Source: a virus (lineage: Duplodnaviria; Caudoviricetes). Taken from it: a DNA stretch of 64,000 nucleotides. Below, piece by piece: positions 26,236-35,471 of the stretch. Numbering within the stretch: position 1 is the first letter of the stretch; each line of letters begins with the position of its first letter. The position numbers and the translations under genes were made by a program. A model generated the notes under the pieces. It was not told the origin of the DNA. It did not search any database and saw nothing but the letters and a program-made list of their open reading frames with translations. The stretch covers positions 1-64,000 of IMG/VR virus record IMGVR_UViG_3300015214_000031; one strand, 5' to 3'.

Positions 26236-27214
26236 AGGAGATAGTGAAGCAGGAAAGACTGCACTATTCCGATTTATAAAACTTGTTGTATTTAACAGAC
26301 CAACCAATTCAGCAAAGAAGTTCACATCCAGTGGTAAAAAGACATATCGGGGGAAAATAGTTACCACTGAAGGATCTGTTACACGGACCACCAGAAAATA
26401 TATAGTAGAAAAAAATGAAAACAAACAAATATTAACTTCTTTTGGAAAAGATGTTCCTGATCCGGTTACAAAAACATTAAATCTAAAACCAATTAACTTT
26501 CAAAGTCAATTCAATCACAATTACATTATATTTCAAAATGAATCACAGGCAGCAAAGACACTTGAGAAAGCTTTTGGTAATGAAGATCAAGAAAAGCTAA
26601 TCAAAGAATTGAAGAAATGGATCAGTGAAGCTAAATCAGATTACAAACACCACTTAAAAAACAAAAAGGAATGTAAAGAAACTATAAAAAGATTAAGTAG
26701 AATAAAAGAATTTAAAGAAGAAATAGAAGAGATAAGAGAACTAGAAGAGAACATTGAATCCATCGAAAATGAAATGAAAGACATTAGTAAGTTATTACAA
26801 ACTTTAGAAAAGATAGAAAAAGAGAAAATAGATTTGGATTTTATTGAGTATTGTTTTTCAGAATGCAAAGCTATTGAAGAACTTGATAAGAAAGTAAATG
26901 AATGCTCAAACGAATTAAGAAATTTAGGGAATTTAATACACACACTGGAAAATACTGAATCATCCATAAAGCTAGAAAGAATTTCTAACTGGCTACAAGA
27001 ATCCCACAGACTTTATTTTCTGGATGAAAAAATAAATAAGTTAGACGATCAAATCAGTAGAATCAAACCATTGATAAAACAACTTGATGAATGTGAAGAT
27101 ATAAAAGAAATAAAAGTAATGATTGAAAAATGCGAAGAAGAAATTAAAAACACTTTGAATAGAATACCAGAATGCCCATTCATGAACATCTGTGAAAGGA
27201 GAGATAAGAAATGA
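26144..27214 (+). CDS. sbcC: SbcC/Rad50/gp46-like ATPase, N-terminal half
   Basis: LKNFQCH, GINIIKGDSEAGKT Walker A, Q-loop FQSQ, coiled coil, C-terminal CP...C. Confidence 0.85.
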   Translation: MYLKALMLKNFQCHMKKLKIKFVGPGINIIKGDSEAGKTALFRFIKLVVFNRPTNSAKKFTSSGKKTYRGKIVTTEGSVTRTTRKYIVEKNENKQILTSFGKDVPDPVTKTLNLKPINFQSQFNHNYIIFQNESQAAKTLEKAFGNEDQEKLIKELKKWISEAKSDYKHHLKNKKECKETIKRLSRIKEFKEEIEEIRELEENIESIENEMKDISKLLQTLEKIEKEKIDLDFIEYCFSECKAIEELDKKVNECSNELRNLGNLIHTLENTESSIKLERISNWLQESHRLYFLDEKINKLDDQISRIKPLIKQLDECEDIKEIKVMIEKCEEEIKNTLNRIPECPFMNICERRDKK

Positions 27215-28164
27215 AAATTATAAACATATCAGATTTGCATATTTATGGGAAAAATCCTATTTGTAGAACAGATGATTTAGTTACTGTTCAATTTGCAAAA
27301 CTAGAAGAAGTAGTAAAAGCATCGAATAAATTAGATTGTCCAATAATAATCAATGGAGATATAACAGAAAGTCCCAATGTAGGATATGGAATATTCACAA
27401 CCTTAGCTAATATATTTTTAAAGTGCATCAATGGGGTTTTTTTTGTTTATGGTCAGCATGATCTACTTTGGCACGATTTATCTACTTCTCATTTAACAGC
27501 TACAGGAGCATTAGAAGCAACACAAGCAATTAGAAATATGGATAAATTTTGGGAAGAGTTTGGTAAAAAATTTTCATATGCAAATTGGGGAGAGGATATA
27601 AACTATGTAGGAAATTATTTAATCACACATAAACCCATTGTATCTAAAAACATAATCAATCAATTTGCTTGGTTGAAGCATAATTCAAATACAGATAAAT
27701 TTTATATTTTTGAAAAACTAATATCACAATTCAAACTAATGCTCTGTGGAGATTGGCATAGAAGATACATTTATAAAAGTGGTGGAACTTTGTTGGTGAA
27801 CCCAGGAGCATTAACAAGAAGAGAAGCAAACCAAGATAGCTTGGATACCTTTCCTTCTTATGTAGTAATTGATTTAGATACCTTAGAATATAAAATAACT
27901 CCATTGAAATGTGCTAAACCAGCAGGGGAGATTATCTCTGACAGTCATTTGGAAATGGCTAAAATGAAAAAAGAAGTAGGGGTGGATGTATCACAATTTG
28001 TAAAGGCAATAGAACTTGGAGAATCGGGGGAATCCAAGCTTATCCATTTTTTACTGAGGGCGATAAAGTCTGGTGAAATAGACAAGGAAATATCAGAAGT
28101 TTTAAAAAAGTTAATCAGTAAAGTATCCGATGAAAAACTTGACTATGAACATTTGGAGAAATAA
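27211..28164 (+). CDS. sbcD: SbcD/Mre11/gp47-like metallophosphoesterase nuclease
   Basis: ISDLH, GDI, GQHD, TH, GDWH, NPGAL.R. Confidence 0.9.
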   Translation: MKIINISDLHIYGKNPICRTDDLVTVQFAKLEEVVKASNKLDCPIIINGDITESPNVGYGIFTTLANIFLKCINGVFFVYGQHDLLWHDLSTSHLTATGALEATQAIRNMDKFWEEFGKKFSYANWGEDINYVGNYLITHKPIVSKNIINQFAWLKHNSNTDKFYIFEKLISQFKLMLCGDWHRRYIYKSGGTLLVNPGALTRREANQDSLDTFPSYVVIDLDTLEYKITPLKCAKPAGEIISDSHLEMAKMKKEVGVDVSQFVKAIELGESGESKLIHFLLRAIKSGEIDKEISEVLKKLISKVSDEKLDYEHLEK

Positions 28165-28404
28165 ATGGAAAGATTACAAAGTTTAACAAAAAGATTGGAA
28201 AGGCTAAAAGAAAAAGAACAGGAACGAATAGCATTGAAAAAAGTAACTCAAGATCAGCTTAAAGAAAGATATGGATGCTCTACTAAAAAGGAAGCTGATA
28301 AATATTTTTTAAAATTAAAAAAGAAAAGAGAAAAACTAAATGATGAAAAAGAAAAGAGATTAAATAACTTAGAAAAAGAAATGAAAGATGAGGGAATTTT
28401 ATGA
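28165..28404 (+). CDS. Small coiled-coil protein
   Basis: Heptad-like, charged; lies between sbcD and the SbcC C-half. Confidence 0.65.
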   Translation: MERLQSLTKRLERLKEKEQERIALKKVTQDQLKERYGCSTKKEADKYFLKLKKKREKLNDEKEKRLNNLEKEMKDEGIL

Positions 28405-28973
28405 ACTCTGATAAACTTTACAAAATAATATGTGAAAGAGAAACTGAATATGATCTTGCTAAAAAGAAATTGAAAACAACACGAATAGAATTAGGCAAAT
28501 TAAAAAAGAAACTATCAGCATATGAAAAGACAAAAGCTACCATTCTTCTTTTTGCAGCTAGAGCTAAAGAGGAAACTAAAAAGTATATTGAGAATACAAT
28601 AACACTTGCACTTGAAATTGTATTTGGCAAGGAATACAAAGCAGTCCTTGAAGTAAAAGACCAAGAAGTCAAGTTTCTGGTTGACAAAGGTGGGATTCTG
28701 TTAGAACCTAGAGAAGAACAGACTTCCGGGGGTTTGGTTGACATATACAATTTAGCATTACAAATAACATCACATAAACTAGAACCAAATACAGAACCAG
28801 TTTTCTTTTTAGATCAACCTTGTGACAATTTAGATCACAAAAGAAAACCATTGGCAGCAAAATTTATTAAAACAATAACTAAAGATTTGAATCTCCAAAT
28901 GAACATAATAACTCATGAAGAAGAATTCATAAAAATTGGTGATAATGTAATTACATTAGGAGAAAAAGAATGA
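28401..28973 (+). CDS. SbcC/Rad50-like ATPase, C-terminal half
   Basis: Signature TSGG; Walker B FFLDQP; D-loop NLD; H-loop ITH. Confidence 0.85.
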   Translation: MNSDKLYKIICERETEYDLAKKKLKTTRIELGKLKKKLSAYEKTKATILLFAARAKEETKKYIENTITLALEIVFGKEYKAVLEVKDQEVKFLVDKGGILLEPREEQTSGGLVDIYNLALQITSHKLEPNTEPVFFLDQPCDNLDHKRKPLAAKFIKTITKDLNLQMNIITHEEEFIKIGDNVITLGEKE

Positions 28974-29569
28974 CTTGTGTTATAGGAATGATTGATAATG
29001 GAAACATTTATATGGGAGCAGATTCAGCAGGAACAAATGGTCGGTTTCAACAAAGAATAAGGGTAGATGAAAAAGTATTCATAAAAGATGAAATGATTTT
29101 TGGATTCACTTCTTCATTTAGAATGGGTCAACTTCTTAGATATCAATTAAATATTCCAGAACATTCTCAGAAAAAAAATTTAATGACTTACATGAATACT
29201 GATTTTATTGAAGCTGTTAGAAAATGTTTAAAAGATTATGGTTATGCTTCTATTGACAAAAATCAAGATTATGGTGGGACTTTTTTAGTGGGATATAAAA
29301 GTAATTTGTTTAGAATTGAAAGTGATTTTCAAGTTGGTATTTCTAAATACCCATATGAAGCATGTGGCTGTGGTGAAGATTTTGCATTAGGCTGTATTTA
29401 TGGAATAACAAGAAATCAATACAAAATGGAAAATGGTATTTTGATTAAAAAAGATATAAACTTAACCCCTAAACAAATTATAAAAATTGGATTAAGAGCA
29501 TCATATAAATTTTCAGCAGGAGTAAAACCACCTTTTAAAATTTTAACATTAAAAGGAGAAAAAGAATGA
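28970..29569 (+). CDS. HslV/proteasome-like Ntn (Thr) hydrolase
   Basis: M-T-C-V-I-G, GADS, KVF, A.GCG..FALG. Confidence 0.8.
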   Translation: MTCVIGMIDNGNIYMGADSAGTNGRFQQRIRVDEKVFIKDEMIFGFTSSFRMGQLLRYQLNIPEHSQKKNLMTYMNTDFIEAVRKCLKDYGYASIDKNQDYGGTFLVGYKSNLFRIESDFQVGISKYPYEACGCGEDFALGCIYGITRNQYKMENGILIKKDINLTPKQIIKIGLRASYKFSAGVKPPFKILTLKGEKE

Positions 29570-29745
29570 TAATGTCAAATGACAAACCTGTAATTGAATT
29601 AAAAGATTATTATTTTTGCACTGAATGCATGACTCATTACAGAAAAATACTTTATCCTAATAAAAAATGTCCTGTCGATGGTCATGATTTAAAAGAAGTT
29701 GGAACAATGGAACAAATGAAAAAGAGAGGAATTGTTAATAAGTAA
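29566..29745 (+). CDS. Zinc-ribbon microprotein, 59 aa
   Basis: Read manually; CTEC...CPVD; ATGA overlap. Confidence 0.6.
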   Translation: MIMSNDKPVIELKDYYFCTECMTHYRKILYPNKKCPVDGHDLKEVGTMEQMKKRGIVNK

Positions 29746-29760
29746 CAAGGAGAAAAATTA

Positions 29761-30543
29761 GTGGGGAAAACAAAGTATTTTTTAACAGATGAAAGAAAAG
29801 AATTAATAAAAAAGTATTATGATGAAGGAAAAAATAAATTTTGGATCTCACAGTTAAAAAAAGATTATCCTAATTTGTTCGGAGATTGGCCTAACGGTAT
29901 ATTAACAAAAAGAACTAGATCAGAAGGAATTATAAGTAAAAGAAATACAGATTGGAATAAAGACAATAGAAAAGAATTGATTATAGAAGCATACGCAACA
30001 CAAAGATTTCCAGGACAATATTTAAAAAGCTTACCACAATTTAGAGGTGTAAGTAGACGAAGTATTTTTCATCAAGCAGCAAAGTTGGGACTGCATTCTT
30101 CAGTATTGTGGAGTGAAACAGAAAAGAAAATTGTTTATAAATATGCAGGAGTAAAACCAGTAAGAGTTATATCTAACATTCTAAAAACCAAAGGATTTCA
30201 AAGATCGGAAGGGAGTGTTGCTCATTACATAAATACCATGTTAAAAACATCTACAAGACCTGATACTTATTCATTGGATATGGTAGCAATTGGATTTAAA
30301 TGTAATAAAAAAACTGTATTAAGGTGGATAAAGTCAGGACTTATCAAAGCAAAGAAACTGGAAAGTGGTCATTGGGAAGTAACACCATTGGCAATAGCAA
30401 GATTCATCATCCATCACCCATTTGAATTAAACGGAAGGAGTAAACCTGACATTCCCTGGTTGGTTTCATTAATACTGGAATTTAAGAATCAATTGGCTGA
30501 AGAAGATAGAAGACGTAAAGGTTGGAAAGACATTATAGGATAA
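29761..30543 (+). CDS. Multi-HTH DNA-binding regulator
   Basis: WSETE..I Myb-like repeat; MerR/excisionase-like KTVLRWIKSGLIKA. Confidence 0.7.
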   Translation: MGKTKYFLTDERKELIKKYYDEGKNKFWISQLKKDYPNLFGDWPNGILTKRTRSEGIISKRNTDWNKDNRKELIIEAYATQRFPGQYLKSLPQFRGVSRRSIFHQAAKLGLHSSVLWSETEKKIVYKYAGVKPVRVISNILKTKGFQRSEGSVAHYINTMLKTSTRPDTYSLDMVAIGFKCNKKTVLRWIKSGLIKAKKLESGHWEVTPLAIARFIIHHPFELNGRSKPDIPWLVSLILEFKNQLAEEDRRRKGWKDIIG

Positions 30544-30555
30544 AGGAGAATAAAA

Positions 30556-30726
30556 ATGAATATCTATAAAATAATCACATTTGATGGATACAATTCAATA
30601 CAATATATCATAGAAGGCTATGATTTAATTCAAGCAATTACTACTAATTATGTTATTATTCAAAGTCAAATAATTAAAGCTGAATTAATTGGAAGTAAAA
30701 ATATTCAAAATCTTGCATCTTATTAA
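30556..30726 (+). CDS. Hypothetical protein, 56 aa
   Basis: Read manually; AAAGGAG RBS. Confidence 0.55.
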   Translation: MNIYKIITFDGYNSIQYIIEGYDLIQAITTNYVIIQSQIIKAELIGSKNIQNLASY

Positions 30727-30740
30727 TAGGAGAATAAAAA

Positions 30741-31172
30741 ATGGAAGAAAATATTTTTAAAGCAGATAAAAAAGAAGAAAATCAACCAATCATGCTTTCT
30801 ATAGATCAAATTCCTACTGAAATGCTTTCAATGTTAATTGATTCTGCACTATCTGAATTTGCTAAAAGGGCAAAGGAGGATCTTGATAATTCACCAAATA
30901 AATATTTCAGACTATTAGGGTGGAGATTTTTTTCAGACAAAGTGGAACAGCATTATTGGGATTATGTAAGACCTCAATATGAAGATAATCCAGAAGATGA
31001 CTTTCATGAATGGTCTGTAGACGAAACTTTTTCACATCTAAAAGGATACATTCAACGATTCAAAACTAATGCAAGAGGAGAAGATGAACGTAAGTTGGAT
31101 ATTATTAAAGTTGGAATGTTTGCCAGTATGCTTTATTGGAAATTGATAAAGGAAGAAGAAAATGAGTCTTAA
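30741..31172 (+). CDS. Hypothetical all-alpha protein next to the dCMP deaminase
   Basis: AGGAG RBS; Y..R...N.R.E....LD..K pattern. Confidence 0.6.
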   Translation: MEENIFKADKKEENQPIMLSIDQIPTEMLSMLIDSALSEFAKRAKEDLDNSPNKYFRLLGWRFFSDKVEQHYWDYVRPQYEDNPEDDFHEWSVDETFSHLKGYIQRFKTNARGEDERKLDIIKVGMFASMLYWKLIKEEENES

Positions 31173-31701
31173 AGATTGGGATGACTATTTTTATAATATA
31201 GCAAAACAGGTAGCATCTAATTCAAAGTGTCTTTCCAGAAAATTTGGAGCAGTGCTTGTAAGAGATAAAAGTATCATCTCTACTGGATACAATGGACCAG
31301 CTAGAGGAGTCCCACATTGTAGTGAACGATATGAAAAAGATAGTTATCTTAAAACATATATTAAAGCAAGTGATTTAGAAATTCCAAAAGATAAAAACAT
31401 ATGCCCTAGGCACCATTTAGAATTTAAAAGTGGGGAAGGATTAAATCTTTGCATTGCCTCTCATGCAGAAGTAAATTGTATAAATAATGCTGCCAGAAAT
31501 GGACATATTACTTTAGGATGCTCTCTTTATCTGGTAGGAAAAGCACTTCCCTGTAAAAATTGTTTGAATGAAATAATCAATGCAGGAATAATTGAATTGA
31601 TTGTTGATACTGACAAATATTATGATGAACAAAGTTATTATATACTTTCAAACAGTGGATTAATTACACGAAGATATCTTTTTAACTTTGAAAAGGATTA
31701 A
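31162..31701 (+). CDS. dCMP deaminase (ComEB-like)
   Basis: S.C.SRK.GAVLV, STGYNG, HAEVN, PCKNC. Confidence 0.92.
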   Translation: MSLKDWDDYFYNIAKQVASNSKCLSRKFGAVLVRDKSIISTGYNGPARGVPHCSERYEKDSYLKTYIKASDLEIPKDKNICPRHHLEFKSGEGLNLCIASHAEVNCINNAARNGHITLGCSLYLVGKALPCKNCLNEIINAGIIELIVDTDKYYDEQSYYILSNSGLITRRYLFNFEKD

Positions 31702-31704
31702 ATT

Positions 31705-32046
31705 ATGGACGTAAGTAAACTATCATCCAAACCAGTTTCAGGTAAACATGGTGAAAAAAGAAGTATTAGAGAAATTCAATTTGATACAAAGCTCATTAAA
31801 ATTTTAGGATTGGGTTTGCATCTTTGTAGATCGGAAAGAAGAAAGGTAGCTAAAAAATATAAGGTTGATTGGAAGGTTTATCTAATGATGGATATGGAAA
31901 TCAGAAGACGAAAAGCATTAGGGCTAAATCTTGAAACTGGAAAACCAAATATAACTGAGAAAGATAAAAAAGAAATTATAGAAAAAGCAGAGGAAATAAA
32001 TAATGAGCTTCTTTTCCAGCAACAAAAAGCTGAAGGTATATTGTGA
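31705..32046 (+). CDS. Hypothetical basic protein
   Basis: AAAGGA RBS. Confidence 0.6.
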   Translation: MDVSKLSSKPVSGKHGEKRSIREIQFDTKLIKILGLGLHLCRSERRKVAKKYKVDWKVYLMMDMEIRRRKALGLNLETGKPNITEKDKKEIIEKAEEINNELLFQQQKAEGIL

Positions 32047-32461
32047 AAGATCATTTAGAGCAAATTGTGTAAATTTATTTGTATGGATAGATGATGAAAA
32101 AAGAGTATATGAAACAGGAAAAATCTCTATTGTGAAGGATGTTATAACAGAAGAAATTCCAGAGTCTACAACAATAGCAACTGAAAATTATTTTGGAATG
32201 ACAAGTGAATCAGCACAGGACTTATTAGATGAACTTTGTAGAATAGGATTCAAGCCCACTTTTGAACAAGACAGAGAGGGTCTTGTAAAAACACTCCATA
32301 AAGAAATTGAAAAAAGAGATGAAATAATTAAAAAGCTAATGGAAGAATTTGTATACAAAAAGAGAGAACCAGATCAAAAAGAAAAATTAATTGAAAAACT
32401 CATGGATCAATTTGTTATCAAAGATGAACAACTAAAATTTAAAAGGAGTATATTAGCATGA
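32003..32461 (+). CDS. Hypothetical protein ending FKRSILA
   Basis: Overlapping ORF with GAGG RBS. Confidence 0.6.
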   Translation: MSFFSSNKKLKVYCERSFRANCVNLFVWIDDEKRVYETGKISIVKDVITEEIPESTTIATENYFGMTSESAQDLLDELCRIGFKPTFEQDREGLVKTLHKEIEKRDEIIKKLMEEFVYKKREPDQKEKLIEKLMDQFVIKDEQLKFKRSILA

Positions 32462-32655
32462 GTGAAAAATTCTTATACGGTTTCCAATGCTCCAAATGTA
32501 AAGAAGTTGGTCAATTTGTTATTCAAGATCACGAACCAGATCTTTCTAAAGCTATGCCTTGTAAATATAAAAGATGTATTGGTTTTCCAATGAAAATTTA
32601 CAAAGTTCCTAATTATAAGGATAAAATAAAAAAGAAAGAAATGAATATTGATTAG
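32458..32655 (+). CDS. Zinc-finger microprotein
   Basis: CSKC...CKYKRC; ATGA overlap. Confidence 0.6.
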   Translation: MSEKFLYGFQCSKCKEVGQFVIQDHEPDLSKAMPCKYKRCIGFPMKIYKVPNYKDKIKKKEMNID

Positions 32656-32666
32656 GATTAAATAAA

Positions 32667-33518
32667 ATGAAAACCTTATTAGTAGACAGTAAGTTTCTTC
32701 TTTATAGAAGTTTAAATGCAAAAATAAATCTAACTCATAATGAAATAAAAACAAGTTGTTACTATTTGTTTTTTAATTCACTACAATCTGTAGCAAACAA
32801 AATGAAAGTTGATAATACTATTTTAATGTGGGATAGTAATTATAGTTATAGAAGAGAAATTTATCCAGAATATAAAAGAAAAGACAAACAAAAGAATAAG
32901 GTAGTTGAAGAACAAATCAAGATGATTGAATTGGAATATGCAGGGATAAAACATACCATGAAGAATCTAGGCTTTGCCTCTTTTAATAGAAGGGGGTATG
33001 AAGCTGATGATTTATTTGCACTTTACACTAGACAGCATAATGATATTTGTGTTATTCTTACCAGAGATGATGATTTATTACAACTCCTAGATGCCAAAAG
33101 GGTTATTATCTATAACCCAATGAAAAAGAAAAAGATTACAGAAAAGTGGTTCAAAAAAGAATATGGAATAGAGGTAAAAGATTGGCCTTTATTCAAAGCC
33201 ATTTGTGGTTGTAAATCAGACAATGTAAAAGGTGTTCCAGGTATTGCTAATGGAAGAACATTACAGTATCTAAAAAAAGAAGCAAGTGATAAGATCAATA
33301 AAAAGATTTCTGAGCATAAAAAACTGATTGAATTCAATTTGAAACTAGTCACACTACCATTTAAACAAGAAGATTCAAATAAAAATCTTTTTCTTAGAAA
33401 AAAGAAAACAAATTTGAAAATGGATAAATTCATATCTCTTTGTCAGATTCTTGGATTCCGTTCCTTTTTAGAAAACCTAAACCGATTTGAAGTCTTTAGG
33501 GATAAAGACCATGCGTGA
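32667..33518 (+). CDS. 5'-3' exonuclease / RNase H (FEN, T4 rnh-like)
   Basis: LLVD, YR..IYPEYK, EADD, RDDDLLQL, G..SDNVKGVPGI. Confidence 0.92.
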   Translation: MKTLLVDSKFLLYRSLNAKINLTHNEIKTSCYYLFFNSLQSVANKMKVDNTILMWDSNYSYRREIYPEYKRKDKQKNKVVEEQIKMIELEYAGIKHTMKNLGFASFNRRGYEADDLFALYTRQHNDICVILTRDDDLLQLLDAKRVIIYNPMKKKKITEKWFKKEYGIEVKDWPLFKAICGCKSDNVKGVPGIANGRTLQYLKKEASDKINKKISEHKKLIEFNLKLVTLPFKQEDSNKNLFLRKKKTNLKMDKFISLCQILGFRSFLENLNRFEVFRDKDHA

Positions 33519-34917
33519 ACTTCCTGAAGTCCTAAGTTTCAATCCTAATTTTCTAAATCATATTCTACTAAACCTTATAACCAACACGGAATTTTCCAAA
33601 ACAGTAATCTCTGTGTTGAATGAGCACATTGATATTTTTAAAACAAAAGAAAGAAAGTTTCTATTTAAATTAGTAAGAGATTATATTTTAGAATTCAAGG
33701 AAGCACCACAGGATCATTTTTATGATATTTTCAAATCAGAAGAATCAAGACTTTCCAAAAAAGAATACAAAAGAGCTATGGAAGTAATCAGGTCGTTAAA
33801 GGATCTGAATCATTCCAATCCTGAATTCATTATCAATCGTTTAAGAGATGCCATAGCCCATTTTGAATTTGAAGAATCATTAGTCAATGCTGCAAGACTC
33901 CATAAAGCAGGAAACATGGAAGAAGCAAAAGCATTAATAATGAAAGCAATGCGGAAACCGGAAGAGATAAAAAGATCATATTATAATTTTTTTGAAGATA
34001 CAAGTTATGTTGAAGACCGAATGAGAGGACCAGTATATGATGCAAAGACACTAGTTGAACCATTGGATGATTTAATAGGAGGAATGAATAAAGGATGGTT
34101 AATATTCGTACTAGGACCAACGAAAGGAGGCAAAACAAGATGGCTTATTGAATTGACCATTGCTTTTGCATTGCAAGGATTGAATGTTTTATTCATTTCT
34201 TTGGAAATGGGAAAGAAAGATATTGATAAAGCATTCGATCAGGCCATTGGCTTTCTTGGTGATAAACCAAATGAAGTTATTGAAACAATGAAATATGTAA
34301 AAGGTCAATGGTGTAAAGTTAAAATGGAAGTCCCAACCATCTATGATTTAGACAAAGTTGCAAAAGCAAGAAAAGCAATAAAGAAGATGGGAGGATTAAT
34401 TTACATATCAGATCAGACAGGAGGAAAATTCAATTGTAATGACACTGAATTTTTAATGGATAAAATTGAAGAGGAGGAGGGAATTATATTTGATGCTGTA
34501 GTGACTGATTATTTATTTGAAATGGGTCCAACTGAACCAGGACAATCAACAAAGGAAAGGTTAACTTCTAATACATCCGGTGAAAAAAGAATTGCACAGG
34601 AAAGAAATGTTATAAAAGTAAATGCTCACCAAGGAAATAGAAAGGCACTAAGAGCAAAAACATTTCAATCGGATATGATTGCTGAAGATATTAACATTAT
34701 TTTTAAATCAGATTTAATTCTAGCCATTTGTCAAACAGAAAAAGAAGAGGAATTGAATCAATATAGAATGTTTGTTGGTGAATATAGACATGGACCTAAA
34801 CATGGTTCCGTTCCTCTGGTTAGGGATTTATCAAGAGGACAAATTGCATTGGGTAGAGGAAAAGACATAAAGCTGGAAGACAACAAAAAAGATGCAGAGG
34901 AAGGAGTAGATTTCTAA
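33511..34917 (+). CDS. dnaB: DnaB-like replicative helicase
   Basis: Walker A GPTKGGKT; FISLEM; VVTDY; AED; start revised. Confidence 0.85.
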   Translation: MRELPEVLSFNPNFLNHILLNLITNTEFSKTVISVLNEHIDIFKTKERKFLFKLVRDYILEFKEAPQDHFYDIFKSEESRLSKKEYKRAMEVIRSLKDLNHSNPEFIINRLRDAIAHFEFEESLVNAARLHKAGNMEEAKALIMKAMRKPEEIKRSYYNFFEDTSYVEDRMRGPVYDAKTLVEPLDDLIGGMNKGWLIFVLGPTKGGKTRWLIELTIAFALQGLNVLFISLEMGKKDIDKAFDQAIGFLGDKPNEVIETMKYVKGQWCKVKMEVPTIYDLDKVAKARKAIKKMGGLIYISDQTGGKFNCNDTEFLMDKIEEEEGIIFDAVVTDYLFEMGPTEPGQSTKERLTSNTSGEKRIAQERNVIKVNAHQGNRKALRAKTFQSDMIAEDINIIFKSDLILAICQTEKEEELNQYRMFVGEYRHGPKHGSVPLVRDLSRGQIALGRGKDIKLEDNKKDAEEGVDF

Positions 34918-35108
34918 TGAGTGAGGGAGGATATGAGATTCCAAAAAGTTCAGTTCCTATAATGACTAAATTTTTTAATAGAGAAATCAAGTGTAGAGAT
35001 TGTGATGAAGTAGCTACATTCATTGTAGCCTCTAAAATAGATGGGTCAGATATATTTTGTTGTCCATTTCATTTTATCTCTATTTTAGAAGAAAATCAAA
35101 AGGAGTAA
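34917..35108 (+). CDS. Cys-rich microprotein
   Basis: CRDC...CCPFH; TAATG coupling. Confidence 0.55.
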   Translation: MSEGGYEIPKSSVPIMTKFFNREIKCRDCDEVATFIVASKIDGSDIFCCPFHFISILEENQKE

Positions 35109-35112
35109 ATAA

Positions 35113-35325
35113 ATGGCAGACTCCATGTTTACATTCCCATTTGGAAAACATAAAGATGAAGATATTGAAGATGTACCTACAAGTTATCTTCAATGGTTGG
35201 TTGGTGAAGATTGGTTTAGAACCCAGTATCCAAAAGGATATAAATCAGTCTTATCTGAGTTGAAGTACAGAAAAGATTTTGATTCAGAAGAGGATAACGA
35301 AGATAAAAATTGGAATAGGAGATAA
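35113..35325 (+). CDS. DUF3820 / ExoX C-terminal-like small protein
   Basis: FPFGKHK...I.DVP.SYL.WL. Confidence 0.8.
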   Translation: MADSMFTFPFGKHKDEDIEDVPTSYLQWLVGEDWFRTQYPKGYKSVLSELKYRKDFDSEEDNEDKNWNRR

Positions 35326-35330
35326 AAACT

Positions 35331-35462
35331 ATGCTCACTTTGATATTTCATTATATATCAGCAAAATATAAATATGAAAATGATATGTTATTTTGGGTTT
35401 TTATAGTAATAGACTTTACTTTAATTAACTACCTCTTTAAGTTTTTAGATAAGATAATATAA
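35331..35462 (+). CDS. Small hydrophobic protein, 43 aa
   Basis: Read manually; AGGAG RBS. Confidence 0.45.
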   Translation: MLTLIFHYISAKYKYENDMLFWVFIVIDFTLINYLFKFLDKII

Positions 35463-35471
35463 GGATTAATC

